Below are positions 29,131 to 39,198 of a stretch of DNA of 56,376 bases, one piece after another. Under the pieces are notes generated by a model that was not told the origin of the DNA, did no database searches, and was given only the letters and a program-made list of their open reading frames with translations. The DNA is from an uncultured Dehalococcoidaceae bacterium. Lineage in GTDB: Bacteria; Chloroflexota; Dehalococcoidia; Dehalococcoidales; RBG-16-60-22. The stretch covers positions 1 to 56,376 of the forward strand of contig CAZWYS010000002.1 of the NCBI GenBank assembly GCA_964638295.1, written 5' to 3'. Both the position numbers and the translations under genes were made by a program. Within the stretch, counting starts at the first letter, position 1. Each line of letters opens with the position of its first letter.

Positions 29131-30421
29131 GCCAAGATTACTCCAGGCAATGATTGATGCCTTCAGCCTACCTGATTTAAGGCGCCGAATTCTCATCACG
29201 GTAGGCATTCTGGTAATCTTTCGCTTCGTCGCTCACGTACCTCTTCCCGGGGTGGACCAGGGTGCTCTGGAAGCACTGTTTGAGCGTAATGCCCTGCTAG
29301 GTATGCTTGACATGTTCAGCGGTGGTGCCATGAGGCGGCTTAGTGTCGCCGCCATGGGGGTATACCCCTACATTACAGCCTCAATCATTATGATGTTGCT
29401 GGTGCCAGTCATTCCACGGCTGCAAGCTATTTCCCGAGAGGGAGAGGGAGGCAGGAACAAGATTAACCTGATTACCCACTGGTTAACGGTGCCCCTGGCG
29501 GCTGTCCAGGGATACGGACAGCTAATCTATCTCCAGCGTGAAGGCGTGATCAGCAGTACCGCAGCTTTACCAATGATAACCATGGTGCTGTCAATGGTAG
29601 CCGGCACCATGTTCTTAGTCTGGCTAGGTGAACTTATCACCGAATATGGTATTGGCAATGGCATTTCCATCATAATCTTTGGTGGCATTGTGGCTGGCCT
29701 GCCAGCAATGATTGGACAAGGTTTTCTGGCCAGAGAAAATTTCCTCGGCCTATCCGCTTACGTGCTAATAGTAGTTCTCACCATTGCGGTAATCGTTATC
29801 TTTACCGAGGCACACCGCCGCATTCCGGTACAATATGCCAAGAGCGTCTTTCGCAGTGGTCGTATGTATCGCCATTCCGGAACAACCCATATTCCACTGC
29901 GGGTAAACGCTGCCGGAATGATACCGCTTATTTTTGCCATGTCACTGGTGCTTTTCCCGGGTATCGTCGCCAGCTATTTTGCCAATCCTACCGAACCTAA
30001 CATCGCTGATTGGATTATGCGCCTGTTTAATCCCAATGCTCCACTGCCAATGGGCTTGTTCTACTGGGCTCTCTATTTTGCCATGGCGGTTGCCTTTACT
30101 TTCTTTTATACCATGGTGATTTATCAGCAGCAGGATTTGCCCGGTGTTTTACAGCGCCAGGGAGGATTCGTCCCTGGCATCCGACCGGGGAAAAACACCT
30201 CGAGCTACCTGAATGGAGTCATTAACCACATTACCTGGGGTGGAGCCCTCTTTCTCGGCTGCGTGGCGGTAATGCCTTTCGTGGCGCGGCAGATTACCAA
30301 CGTCCAGGTGATACAGCTATCCAGTCTGGGTTTAATCATTATGGTGGGTGTTGTTCTGGATACCATGAAGCAGCTTGAGGCGCAACTGGTGATGCGGCGC
30401 TATGAAGGCTTTATAAGATAG
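29111..30421 (+). CDS. secY: Preprotein translocase subunit SecY
   Basis: 436 aa, polytopic, ...[19 protein letters not shown]... An alternative start at 29150 (MIDAF) is possible. Confidence 0.95.
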   Translation: MRPRQSKPRLLQAMIDAFSLPDLRRRILITVGILVIFRFVAHVPLPGVDQGALEALFERNALLGMLDMFSGGAMRRLSVAAMGVYPYITASIIMMLLVPVIPRLQAISREGEGGRNKINLITHWLTVPLAAVQGYGQLIYLQREGVISSTAALPMITMVLSMVAGTMFLVWLGELITEYGIGNGISIIIFGGIVAGLPAMIGQGFLARENFLGLSAYVLIVVLTIAVIVIFTEAHRRIPVQYAKSVFRSGRMYRHSGTTHIPLRVNAAGMIPLIFAMSLVLFPGIVASYFANPTEPNIADWIMRLFNPNAPLPMGLFYWALYFAMAVAFTFFYTMVIYQQQDLPGVLQRQGGFVPGIRPGKNTSSYLNGVINHITWGGALFLGCVAVMPFVARQITNVQVIQLSSLGLIIMVGVVLDTMKQLEAQLVMRRYEGFIR

Positions 30422-30464
30422 ATAGCGGAGTATAGTGAGGAATTACAAAATACAGGAGTAAAAG

Positions 30465-31118
30465 TTGTACATTATTTTTCTGGGAGCTCCCGGGGCAGGT
30501 AAGGGCACGCAAGCGGTTACTGTCGCCCGGAAGCTAAATTTGATGCATATTTCCTCCGGCGACCTGTTCCGAGAGGCACTGAACAAAGAAACTGAACTGG
30601 GCAAAAAGGCGAAATCTTATATGGAAAAAGGACTGCTAGTCCCTGACGATGTAACAACGCAAATGGTTTTGGAGCGGATATCAGCTCCAGACTGTGCAAA
30701 TGGAGTTATTCTTGATGGTTTTCCCCGCAATCTGGAGCAGGTCAAGGCATTAGATAAAGCTTTAGACCGGCAGAATAAAGCCATAGATAAGACAGTATAT
30801 ATTAAAGTTTCGCAGGCAGAGCTGGTAAAAAGGCTCAGTGGGCGCTGGATATGTCGCAATTGCCAGGCAGTATATAATATAATAAATTCGGCACCTAAAG
30901 TTTGGGGTAAGTGCGATAAGTGCGGCGGGGAATTATATCAACGCGCTGATGATACCGCCGAGACGGTGAAAAAGCGATTAAAGGTCTATTTTGACGAGAC
31001 GGCGCCACTTATTGACTATTACCGCCAAAGGGGTAAACTACTAGAGATTGATGGTGAGGGGAGTGTTGATGAGGTGAGCGAGAGAATTATGGCTGCCCTT
31101 GATGGAGGGAGTCCGTAA
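30465..31118 (+). CDS. adk: Adenylate kinase with a Cys4 zinc lid
   Basis: TTG start. P-loop GAPGAGKGTQ. Lid CRNC...CDKC. Confidence 0.95.
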   Translation: MYIIFLGAPGAGKGTQAVTVARKLNLMHISSGDLFREALNKETELGKKAKSYMEKGLLVPDDVTTQMVLERISAPDCANGVILDGFPRNLEQVKALDKALDRQNKAIDKTVYIKVSQAELVKRLSGRWICRNCQAVYNIINSAPKVWGKCDKCGGELYQRADDTAETVKKRLKVYFDETAPLIDYYRQRGKLLEIDGEGSVDEVSERIMAALDGGSP

Positions 31119-31122
31119 TTAG

Positions 31123-31899
31123 ATGAGTATCATCATTAAGACTCCCGAAGAGATTGCCGCTATGCGGCAGGCAGGGAGAATTGTAGCCATCATATTAGAA
31201 ACACTGAGTCAACAAATAAAAGCAGGGATGGAAACCAGAGAGTTGGACACTATTGCGGCTAGAGAGCTGAAAAGGCTGGGAGCCAAGCCTTCGTTTAAGG
31301 GATACCATGGATTTCCCGCCAATCTCTGCGTCTCAGTAAATGATGAGATAGTGCACGGGATTCCGGGAAAGCGGGTGCTGCGTGAGGGCGATATTGTCTC
31401 CCTAGACTTTGGCGCGGTTTTTCAGGGTTTTCAGGGTGATGCCGCGATAACAGTTGGTGTCGGCAAGATAAGTAAAAAAGCTAAAGATCTCATTGATACT
31501 ACTAAAGGTGCTCTAGGAGCCGGGATTAAAGCAGCCTATAGTGGAGCCAGGCTGGGGGATATTTGTGCCGCCATTCAAAATTATGCTGAGTCAAAAGGTT
31601 ATAAGGTCGTGCGTGAGTATACCGGACACGGTATCGGACGAGAAATGCATGAGGAGCCACAAATACCCAATTTCACCGAGCCACCTTATGGGCTTATGCC
31701 AAGCACGGGGCCGGTACTGAAAGAAGGCATGGTCCTCGCCCTTGAACCTATGGTGAATGCTGGTGACTGGCGCACCCGAGTTAGTGATGACCACTGGACA
31801 GTGCTTACTGCCGATGGCAGACTTTCAGCACACTTTGAGCATACCATTGCCATTAGTAACGGTGAACCGGAGGTGCTGACCAAAGGAGGTTATGCCTAA
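31123..31899 (+). CDS. map: Type I methionine aminopeptidase
   Basis: 258 aa. Metal ligands lie in [27 protein letters not shown] and FEHT. Confidence 0.95.
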   Translation: MSIIIKTPEEIAAMRQAGRIVAIILETLSQQIKAGMETRELDTIAARELKRLGAKPSFKGYHGFPANLCVSVNDEIVHGIPGKRVLREGDIVSLDFGAVFQGFQGDAAITVGVGKISKKAKDLIDTTKGALGAGIKAAYSGARLGDICAAIQNYAESKGYKVVREYTGHGIGREMHEEPQIPNFTEPPYGLMPSTGPVLKEGMVLALEPMVNAGDWRTRVSDDHWTVLTADGRLSAHFEHTIAISNGEPEVLTKGGYA

Positions 31900-32110
31900 G
31901 AAAGAGACGATTGAAGTCGAGGGAACAGTAGTTGAAGCTCTACCCAACGCTATGTTTCGCGTCGAGTTAGCTAATGAGCATCAGGTACTGGCTCACATTT
32001 CAGGCAAGATAAGAATGCATTATATCAGAGTCCTGCCTGGTGACACGGTTTTGATAGAGCTTTCTCCCTACGACCTGAATCGTGGCAGGATTGTCTATCG
32101 GTTTAAGTAA
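31892..32110 (+). CDS. infA: Translation initiation factor IF-1
   Basis: 72 aa, ...[20 protein letters not shown]... Confidence 0.97.
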   Translation: MPKKETIEVEGTVVEALPNAMFRVELANEHQVLAHISGKIRMHYIRVLPGDTVLIELSPYDLNRGRIVYRFK

Positions 32111-32128
32111 GGCGAAGGAATTAATACG

Positions 32129-32242
32129 ATGAAAGTTAAAGCCTCAGTAAAAGTTAGATGTGAAAAATGCAAGGTGGTAAAAAGGCGAGGTGTGGTCAGG
32201 ATTATCTGTTCCAACCCGAAGCATAAGCAGCGGCAGGGCTAA
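32129..32242 (+). CDS. rpmJ: 50S ribosomal protein L36 (zinc form); below the ORF-track size cutoff
   Basis: Hand translation gives [37 protein letters not shown] (37 aa), located between infA and rpsM. Confidence 0.9.
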   Translation: MKVKASVKVRCEKCKVVKRRGVVRIICSNPKHKQRQG

Positions 32243-32260
32243 GAAACAAGGAGGAAATAG

Positions 32261-32650
32261 ATGGCACGTATTGCCGGAGTAGATATACCCAGAGATAAGC
32301 AAGCTTGGGTCTCATTACAGTATATTTACGGTATTGGCTCCACCCTGAGCCGGAAGATACTGGCCCAGACCGATATCCAACCTGAGACCAAGGTAAGTAA
32401 CCTTACCGAAGAGGAGGTTAATCGTCTCCGAGAGCTCATTGACCGACAGTACAAGGTTGAAGGTGAGCTCAGGAAAGAGATTAACTTTAACATCAAACGG
32501 CTTATTGAAATCGGGAGTTATCGGGGCAGCCGCCATCGCCACAACTTGCCGGCTAGAGGGCAACGAACGCGAACCAATGCCCGTGCCCGGCGCGGTGAAC
32601 GCAAGACCGTAGCCGGAAGAGGGCAGAGACGCGGCATGGCTAAGAAATAA
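32261..32650 (+). CDS. rpsM: 30S ribosomal protein S13
   Basis: 129 aa, [13 protein letters not shown]... Confidence 0.97.
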   Translation: MARIAGVDIPRDKQAWVSLQYIYGIGSTLSRKILAQTDIQPETKVSNLTEEEVNRLRELIDRQYKVEGELRKEINFNIKRLIEIGSYRGSRHRHNLPARGQRTRTNARARRGERKTVAGRGQRRGMAKK

Positions 32651-32670
32651 TTAATATTAAGGAGAGCCGG

Positions 32671-33063
32671 ATGGCACAGAAGAAACGACCTAAAGCCAGA
32701 CACCGGGAACGCAAGTCTATTCCCAGCGGGAGGGCTTATATTCAATCCACTTTTAATAATACTATAGTTACGCTCACTGACCCCGAGGGAAACGTTATTG
32801 CATGGGGAAGCTCGGGGACCGCTGGCTTTAAGGGCTCGCGCAAAGGTACTCCATATGCCGCTCAGATGGCGGCTCGTGAAGCCGTACGGAAAGCCATGAT
32901 GCACGGCCTGCGCCAGGTAGAGGTATACGTTAAGGGGCCAGGCAGTGGACGTGAGGCAGCCATCCGCTCGCTCCAGAGTTCAGGTCTCTATATCACCGGC
33001 ATCAGGGATGTAACCCCCATCCCACATAATGGGTGCCGCCCACCGAAGAGGAGACGAGTGTAG
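32671..33063 (+). CDS. rpsK: 30S ribosomal protein S11
   Basis: 130 aa, ...[18 protein letters not shown]... Confidence 0.97.
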   Translation: MAQKKRPKARHRERKSIPSGRAYIQSTFNNTIVTLTDPEGNVIAWGSSGTAGFKGSRKGTPYAAQMAAREAVRKAMMHGLRQVEVYVKGPGSGREAAIRSLQSSGLYITGIRDVTPIPHNGCRPPKRRRV

Positions 33064-33075
33064 AAGAGAGGAGAA

Positions 33076-33705
33076 ATGGCAAGATACACAGAAGCAGTTT
33101 GCAAGTTATGTCGCCGTAGCGGCGAGAAGCTCTTTCTCAAGGGTGACCGGTGTTTTACACCCAAGTGCAGCATAGAGAGACGTCCGAAGCCGCCGGGACA
33201 GCAATTGCGGCGGCGGCGGCAGAAGCTTTCTGACCGCGGACTGCAACTCCGGGAGAAGCAAAAAGCGCGCCACAGCTACGGAATCCTGGAGAGACAGTTT
33301 AGAAAGCTGTTTTCCCAGGCGGAGAGGCAAGCCGGTATTACCGGAGAAAATCTGCTTGTCCTGCTGGAGAGACGACTGGATAACGTAGTCTATCGCCTGG
33401 GCTTTGCCGATTCTCGTGCCCAAGCACGCCAGCTTGTCCGGCATGGGCATATCCTGCTCAACGAGCATAAGACAAATATACCGTCCTGTCTGGTAAAAGA
33501 AGGCGATACCATTAGCTGGAGGAAGGAAAGCACCAAAACGGAATACTGCAAGCAACTCTCCCAGAGCATTGAAGCCAAAACGGTTTTGAACTGGCTGAGT
33601 TTAGATAAGAAAAGCCTGGTTGGTCAAATTTTGTCTTTACCCACTCCCGATGACATTGAGGCAACATTTGACGCCAAGACCATAGTTGAGTACTATTCGC
33701 GATAA
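33076..33705 (+). CDS. rpsD: 30S ribosomal protein S4 with an N-terminal zinc finger
   Basis: 209 aa, [14 protein letters not shown]...C...C. Confidence 0.97.
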   Translation: MARYTEAVCKLCRRSGEKLFLKGDRCFTPKCSIERRPKPPGQQLRRRRQKLSDRGLQLREKQKARHSYGILERQFRKLFSQAERQAGITGENLLVLLERRLDNVVYRLGFADSRAQARQLVRHGHILLNEHKTNIPSCLVKEGDTISWRKESTKTEYCKQLSQSIEAKTVLNWLSLDKKSLVGQILSLPTPDDIEATFDAKTIVEYYSR

Positions 33706-33727
33706 TTAATCAAGGAGGTATTTCCTT

Positions 33728-34783
33728 TTGTCTCGTTTGGTAATTCCTACAATTGAGTGTGTTGACAGCGGAGATAACTTTGGACGATTTCGAGCCGAGC
33801 CGCTAGAAAAGGGCTTCAGTGTTACGCTGGGTAATGCTTTGCGACGGGTGCTGCTTAGTTACCTTCCCGGAGCGGCTGTAACTCAAGTCAGGATTGAGGG
33901 AATTCGACATGAATTCACCAACATTCCCCACGCTAAGGAAGATGTCACCGAGTTTTTGCTCAATATCAAAGCATTAAGGCTAAAGCCTCTTTCCGATCAT
34001 CCCGGCAGGTTAATATTGGATGTACAGGGAGAGGGACAGGTTTGCGCGGCTGATATTAAACCATCAGCCGACTTTGAAATTACCAGTCCCGAGCTCTGCC
34101 TATTTACTTTAGATTCACCGGAAGCCAAACTTTACGTAGAGTTTGATGTGGAATTAGGGGAAGGATACCGCCCAGCCAAGTCCGATGATAATATGCCGGT
34201 GGGAACAATTCCGGTGGATGCCATCTTTACCCCGATACGCAAAGTTAACTTTAACATTGAACCGATTCATATCGGCCAAGAGACCAGTCGGGAGCGGTTA
34301 TTACTTGATGTGTGGACCGACGGCACCACCTCGCCGGTAGACGCCGTTAGCCAGGCGGCCAGTATTCTGGTGGCGCAACTAACCCCGTTTGTTGAGTACG
34401 TTAAAGTTTCCCAGATGAAAGCTGAAGAACAGCTCATTCGCTTATCTATACCCGACGAGAAATATAATATGCCTGTGGAGCAACTGGACCTATCGGTTCG
34501 GACGATGAACTGCTTGAGGCGCGGCGGTATCGCTACGGTGGGTGAACTCATCAATAAAAAACCGAAAGAGTTACTCCAGCTACGCAACTTTGGGCAGAAA
34601 TCTTTCCGAGAAATAGAGGAGCGCCTTAAGAAAATGGGGTTATCCCTTACTCCTCAGGTGGAATTGAAAAAAGAAACAGAAGAGCCTGCCCCAGAAGAAG
34701 AGCCCACTGAACCAACTTTGACCGAAACGGAAAGCCCGGATGAAAGCACCGGTCAACCTGAAGAGGAAGAGCCAGCAACATGA
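33728..34783 (+). CDS. rpoA: DNA-directed RNA polymerase alpha subunit with a C-terminal acidic tail
   Basis: TTG start, 351 aa. ...GNALRRVLL... in the NTD and ...[13 protein letters not shown]... in the CTD. About 40 aa of E/P/T-rich tail. Confidence 0.95.
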   Translation: MSRLVIPTIECVDSGDNFGRFRAEPLEKGFSVTLGNALRRVLLSYLPGAAVTQVRIEGIRHEFTNIPHAKEDVTEFLLNIKALRLKPLSDHPGRLILDVQGEGQVCAADIKPSADFEITSPELCLFTLDSPEAKLYVEFDVELGEGYRPAKSDDNMPVGTIPVDAIFTPIRKVNFNIEPIHIGQETSRERLLLDVWTDGTTSPVDAVSQAASILVAQLTPFVEYVKVSQMKAEEQLIRLSIPDEKYNMPVEQLDLSVRTMNCLRRGGIATVGELINKKPKELLQLRNFGQKSFREIEERLKKMGLSLTPQVELKKETEEPAPEEEPTEPTLTETESPDESTGQPEEEEPAT

Positions 34784-35133
34784 GACATAAAGTAGTCGGT
34801 AGAAAGTTAGGCAGGCCTACCGGACACCGCCGAGCGTTATATCGCAACCTGGTGACCGACCTGCTGAAATATGAGAAAATCGTTACCACCGAGGCTAAAG
34901 CCAAGGAAGTGCGCGGTCTAGCCGAGAAAATGATTACTCTGGGCAAGGGGGGTGGACTGAGCGCCTTCCGCCAGGCACTAACGTTTGTTATTGACAAGGC
35001 AGTAGTCGAAAAGATGTTTTCCGAGCTAGCCTCACGATATGCTGAGCGTCCCGGCGGTTATACTCGCATCGCTAAGTTGGGACCGAGACTGGGTGATGGC
35101 GCACCCATGGTCCAGCTCTCGTTAGTCGAGTAA
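34780..35133 (+). CDS. rplQ: 50S ribosomal protein L17
   Basis: 117 aa, [19 protein letters not shown]... Confidence 0.97.
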   Translation: MRHKVVGRKLGRPTGHRRALYRNLVTDLLKYEKIVTTEAKAKEVRGLAEKMITLGKGGGLSAFRQALTFVIDKAVVEKMFSELASRYAERPGGYTRIAKLGPRLGDGAPMVQLSLVE

Positions 35134-35169
35134 GCATCCGCCAGTGATTATGAATATGGGGTCGTCAGC

Positions 35170-35946
35170 TTGGCAACGAAAACCAAGATGGTATTAATTA
35201 TGGAATATGATGGCACACATTATTATGGCTTCCAGCTACAGGCAAAGCTGCCTACCATTCAAGGCGAGATTGAGGCAGCATCGCGGAAGCTCACCGGGGA
35301 GAAGACTCGGGTGATGGCAGCCAGTCGAACAGATACCGGAGTTCACGCCAGGGGACAGGTAGTCAGTTTCCGGACCGGGTCATCCCTGCCGTCACCGACA
35401 TTTATCAAGGGGTTAAACTACTATTTGCCTGAAGACATTGCCGTTAAAAACGCTTTCAGAGTGAGTGATTCATTCAATGTTAGACGTGACGCCATCAGTC
35501 GTGAGTATAACTACTATATATTAAATCGCCCGACCCGCTCCCCAATCCGGCGTGGTTTTGCTTATCTTGTTACCGGCCATCTGGATACTAAAGCGATGAA
35601 TGAGGCGTGCCAGATAATTACTGGTGAGCATGACTTCGCTTCCTTTGCTACTTCTCTTTCTGAGAGTAAAATAAAGAGCACCGTACGCCATGTTTACCGG
35701 GCGAAAGTAGGAAAAGACGAAGACCTGATTATTTTTAACATAGTGGCTAACTCATTCCTGCCCCATCAGGTGCGTAATACGGTCGGCACCTTAATCAGGG
35801 TAGGCCGGGGTAAGATGACAGCCGATGAATTCCGTAATATATTAGGCGCCAGGAGACCTGGCCTGGGGGGACCAACGGCACCCGCTCATGGTCTATGCCT
35901 GATGGGAGTCAATTATCCATATTCATGGGAGGAAATAAGCAATTGA
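35170..35946 (+). CDS. truA: tRNA pseudouridine(38-40) synthase TruA
   Basis: TTG start, 258 aa. ...[11 protein letters not shown]... with the catalytic Asp in SRTDTGVHA. Confidence 0.9.
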   Translation: MATKTKMVLIMEYDGTHYYGFQLQAKLPTIQGEIEAASRKLTGEKTRVMAASRTDTGVHARGQVVSFRTGSSLPSPTFIKGLNYYLPEDIAVKNAFRVSDSFNVRRDAISREYNYYILNRPTRSPIRRGFAYLVTGHLDTKAMNEACQIITGEHDFASFATSLSESKIKSTVRHVYRAKVGKDEDLIIFNIVANSFLPHQVRNTVGTLIRVGRGKMTADEFRNILGARRPGLGGPTAPAHGLCLMGVNYPYSWEEISN

Positions 35947-36398
35947 AAACCTACACCGCCAAACAAGCCGACATCAAGCGGCAGTGGCATGTTATTGACG
36001 CCTCGGGGAAAACCCTGGGCAGGCTTTCCATTCAGATAGCCGGTTTACTTATGGGTAAGCATAAGCCAATATTCAGCCGGAATTTGGATACCGGCGATAA
36101 CGTCGTCGTTATCAATGCCGCCAAGGTTCGGGTTACTGGCAACAAATTAAAGAAGAAGCTTTACTACCGGCACTCAGGATACCCTGGAGGACTGAAGAGT
36201 ATCAGCCTGGAAGAAATGATGCAGACCAGGCCAACACGCGTAATCGAGCATGCGGTCAAAGGCATGTTGCCCCACACGCGTTTAGGTGCTAGTATGATAA
36301 AGAAACTCCGAGTTTATGCCGGCGATACCCATCCTCACCTCGCGCAGGTGAAAACCACTGTAAATACGGAAGCAAAAGAGACAACTAAGAAGGAATAA
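35943..36398 (+). CDS. rplM: 50S ribosomal protein L13
   Basis: TTG at 35943 is preceded by GGGAGG 7 nt upstream and gives (M)[19 protein letters not shown]. The longer ORF-track start lies inside truA. Confidence 0.93.
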   Translation: MKTYTAKQADIKRQWHVIDASGKTLGRLSIQIAGLLMGKHKPIFSRNLDTGDNVVVINAAKVRVTGNKLKKKLYYRHSGYPGGLKSISLEEMMQTRPTRVIEHAVKGMLPHTRLGASMIKKLRVYAGDTHPHLAQVKTTVNTEAKETTKKE

Positions 36399-36413
36399 AA
36401 GAGGACAGAGTTT

Positions 36414-36812
36414 ATGGCAACAAAGCAATCCTATTTCCACGGAACAGGGCGAAGAAAGACGGCGGTAGCTCAGGTAAAACTGCTTCCCGGAAATGGCGCC
36501 ATTATTATCAACGGCACACCGTATGAGGAATTATTCAGCGGCTCCACGTACCAACGGACAATACTGCAACCTCTTCTGGTTACGGAGAGTCTCGGTAAGT
36601 ATAATGCGATGGTCAAAGTAAACGGGGGCGGCCTTTCGGGGCAGAGTGGGGCTATCTCTCACGGTATTGCCCGGGCGCTGGTAAAAGCAAACGAAAACCT
36701 CAAGCCCGTCCTGCGTCAGAATGGATTACTTACCCGGGACCCACGGGTTAAAGAGCGCAAGAAGCCCGGACTCAAGCGAGCACGCAAGGCACCGCAATAC
36801 ACCAAGCGTTAA
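36414..36812 (+). CDS. rpsI: 30S ribosomal protein S9
   Basis: 132 aa, ...GTGRRKTAVA...KAPQYTKR. Confidence 0.97.
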   Translation: MATKQSYFHGTGRRKTAVAQVKLLPGNGAIIINGTPYEELFSGSTYQRTILQPLLVTESLGKYNAMVKVNGGGLSGQSGAISHGIARALVKANENLKPVLRQNGLLTRDPRVKERKKPGLKRARKAPQYTKR

Positions 36813-36825
36813 AGATTTGGGAGAA

Positions 36826-38262
36826 CTACCCCTTTGACACCCCGGCCAATTTTTTGCCAAAGGCGAGTATTCTTTTCACACGTGCCGGGGAATCGGTCTC
36901 CGTATAGAGACGAAGCACTGGCTCAGTTCCGGAAAATCTGATTAGCAACCAGGTATTGTCAGCCAGAATGTACCGGAAACCATCAAGCGTGTCTGTTTTA
37001 ACTACTTTAACACCCTCTATGGACGGCGGCGGATTATCCTTGAGGCGGTCAATGATAGCCTGGCGTTGCTTTTCGGGGAAGGTAACATCTACCCGGTCAT
37101 AGTAGTGAGGACCTACTTTACGGTAGAGATAATCCAGAAGCTCCGACGGGGTTTTACCCGTCTTAATCATCAGGTCGAGGAAATAGAGACTGGCCAGAAT
37201 ACCATCCCGTTCCGGTACATGTCCCCGGAAACCATAGCCACCGCTCTCCTCCCCACCAATAAGCGCCTTTTCCGCCAGCATTATCGGGGCAACGTACTTA
37301 AAACCGACCGCCGTCTCAAATACCGGCACGTCAAATATTTCCCCCAAGCGATAAAGCATACTGGTAGAAGTTATCGTCTTAATCATCGGACCGCGCTCAC
37401 CACGTACCTCCAAAAGATAAAGACAGAGCAGCGCAAACACCTGGAGCTGCGTCAGAAACGTTCCTTTCTCATCAATGATACCTACACGGTCGGCATCGCC
37501 ATCGGTCGCCAGTCCCACATTCGCCTTTTGCTCCTTCACCATAGTTGAGAGTTGAGCCAGATTAACCGTAATTGGCTCCGGGCGTACCATACCGGGAAAG
37601 AGCGGGTTTCGCTCCCCGTTTATCTCAATTACTTCGGTAGTTCCCCCGCCCAAAATCGTCTTAAGATAGCCGGCACCGGCACCATACATGGGGTCAACTA
37701 TCACTTTAAGACCCGATTGGCGCAATTCAGCAAGGTTAACCAGCTTAGCTATCTGGTCGAAATAGAGGGGGGTTAAATCAAGATACTCCGCCAGTCCTTG
37801 CTCCAAAGCAGTGGTTAGCGGCACTTGTTTTACTTTACCGATAGCCAAGGTCTGGGCAATAATTTTTTCTATTTGAGCGGTAACCTCATCCGGAGCGCTG
37901 GAGCCATGTTCATCCTTATACTTAAAACCGCTCCAGATTCCCGGATTATGACTGGCAGTTATGATAATGGCGCCACCTGCCCTTTTCGCCAGGACGCCGA
38001 AGCTGATAACCGGCGTTGGTGTTGCCCTGGGGCAAAGGTAAACTTTTATCCCGTTGCCCGTAACCACCTCAGCCGCCGCCGCCGCAAAGTCTTCCGAGGC
38101 AAAACGAGTATCATAGCCAATAACCAGTCCCCTGCTGACCAAGCCAGCCTGTTTCAGGTAGCCAGCCACTCCCTGAGCACAAGTCCGTACATTATCAAAG
38201 GTGAAATCCTGAGCAATAATCGCTCGCCAGCCGTCAGTGCCAAATTTAATTGGATTATTCAT
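36826..38262 (-). CDS. Phosphoglucomutase/phosphomannomutase-family enzyme
   Basis: Starts MNNPIKFGTDGWRAI. Phosphoserine loop ITASHNPG and Mg loop ATDGDADR. Its ATG shares one nucleotide with the upstream gene's TGA. Confidence 0.85.
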   Translation of the reverse strand: MNNPIKFGTDGWRAIIAQDFTFDNVRTCAQGVAGYLKQAGLVSRGLVIGYDTRFASEDFAAAAAEVVTGNGIKVYLCPRATPTPVISFGVLAKRAGGAIIITASHNPGIWSGFKYKDEHGSSAPDEVTAQIEKIIAQTLAIGKVKQVPLTTALEQGLAEYLDLTPLYFDQIAKLVNLAELRQSGLKVIVDPMYGAGAGYLKTILGGGTTEVIEINGERNPLFPGMVRPEPITVNLAQLSTMVKEQKANVGLATDGDADRVGIIDEKGTFLTQLQVFALLCLYLLEVRGERGPMIKTITSTSMLYRLGEIFDVPVFETAVGFKYVAPIMLAEKALIGGEESGGYGFRGHVPERDGILASLYFLDLMIKTGKTPSELLDYLYRKVGPHYYDRVDVTFPEKQRQAIIDRLKDNPPPSIEGVKVVKTDTLDGFRYILADNTWLLIRFSGTEPVLRLYTETDSPARVKRILAFGKKLAGVSKG

Positions 38263-38936
38263 CAGCTCACACCTTCCTTCGGTAACAAATCGCAAAAGTA
38301 AAAAGAATCCCGCGACACTGATTCTCCCAGGGTATAAGCTATTCTCTTCTTAAATATCGGCCCGGCAAAGACAAACGAATGAAACTCCCCGTTCTCGCCG
38401 TCCGGGTCAACGGCAGGCGGCAGCTCAGCCAGAAACCGCTCATCAATCACCCTGCCGAGAAACCTCTCATTCAAGACCCGGGTATCAACACAGGTAACGA
38501 CCGCCTGGAAGCCCAGTATTATAAATGACCTGGCAAGCTCAGCAGTATCCCTCCCCCATATCGGGAAGACTCCCTCCATGTCCAATTTTGATAAATTATT
38601 CTGGCGGTATTCCCTTATCCAGTCCAGAAAGACATCACCAAAAACTACCCGGGTGATGCCGCTTTGTTTAAACTCGGCGAGGACTTCACTCATTTTAGAC
38701 TCATATTCTTCGTCGGAACAGGACTTGGGAACCAGCACTTTGGCAATGGGCAGGCCCAAGGAGTATGCCTGCTGCTCAACCAGTGTCCGGCGCACACCGT
38801 GCATACTAACCCGGTCATAGTCCTCGTTTATGGTGGTGAGTAAAGAGACTATTTCGTACCTTTGATTCTTTTGAATTTCATAAAGGGCAAGGGCACTATC
38901 TTTACCACCACTCCAGCAGAAGAGCACTTTTTCCAT
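38262..38936 (-). CDS. Dph6-related PP-loop ATP pyrophosphatase (MJ0570/COG2102-like)
   Basis: 224 aa with PP-loop CWSGGKDS near the N-terminus; family-like throughout. Confidence 0.7.
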   Translation of the reverse strand: MEKVLFCWSGGKDSALALYEIQKNQRYEIVSLLTTINEDYDRVSMHGVRRTLVEQQAYSLGLPIAKVLVPKSCSDEEYESKMSEVLAEFKQSGITRVVFGDVFLDWIREYRQNNLSKLDMEGVFPIWGRDTAELARSFIILGFQAVVTCVDTRVLNERFLGRVIDERFLAELPPAVDPDGENGEFHSFVFAGPIFKKRIAYTLGESVSRDSFYFCDLLPKEGVS

Positions 38937-38978
38937 TTTGAGATTATCCGCTACCTCACCCCCCTAATCCCCCCACCT

Positions 38979-39143
38979 TCAACCGTGGCGTACGAAAGGT
39001 AAAACTCCGGCTGTCTCCCGCATGATACTACCAGAGGACACAGGGATAGTATAATACATCCTGACCTTTTCATCATCTGTCTCAATCTTTTCGACAAAGG
39101 ACTTCAAAAAGACTCTTTGCTCCGTGATTGAAGACTTTGCCAG
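38979..39143 (-). pseudogene. Remnant of the C-terminal end of a serine-recombinase-type integrase gene
   Basis: The minus frame is open for 54 codons with no start codon: LAKSSITEQRVFLKSFVEKIETDDEKVRMYYTIPVSSGSIMRETAGVLPFVRHG*. The pattern F-L-K-S-F-V-E-K-I-E ... Y-T-I-P ... VLP-V ... G resembles C-termini of large serine recombinases (from memory). Confidence 0.45.
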
Positions 39144-39198
39144 TCAATTTCTCAGGCCATTGGTGCAGTGCCGAAAGAAACCGGCTAACAAACATTAT

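Noticed and set aside
38950-38980. C-rich (minus-strand G-rich) tract GGTGGGGGGATTAGGGGGGTGAGG, considered as a G-quadruplex or att core
   Set aside because: There are only two long G-runs plus two GG runs, which is too few for a stable quadruplex. No matching copy exists at the other end of the putative island.
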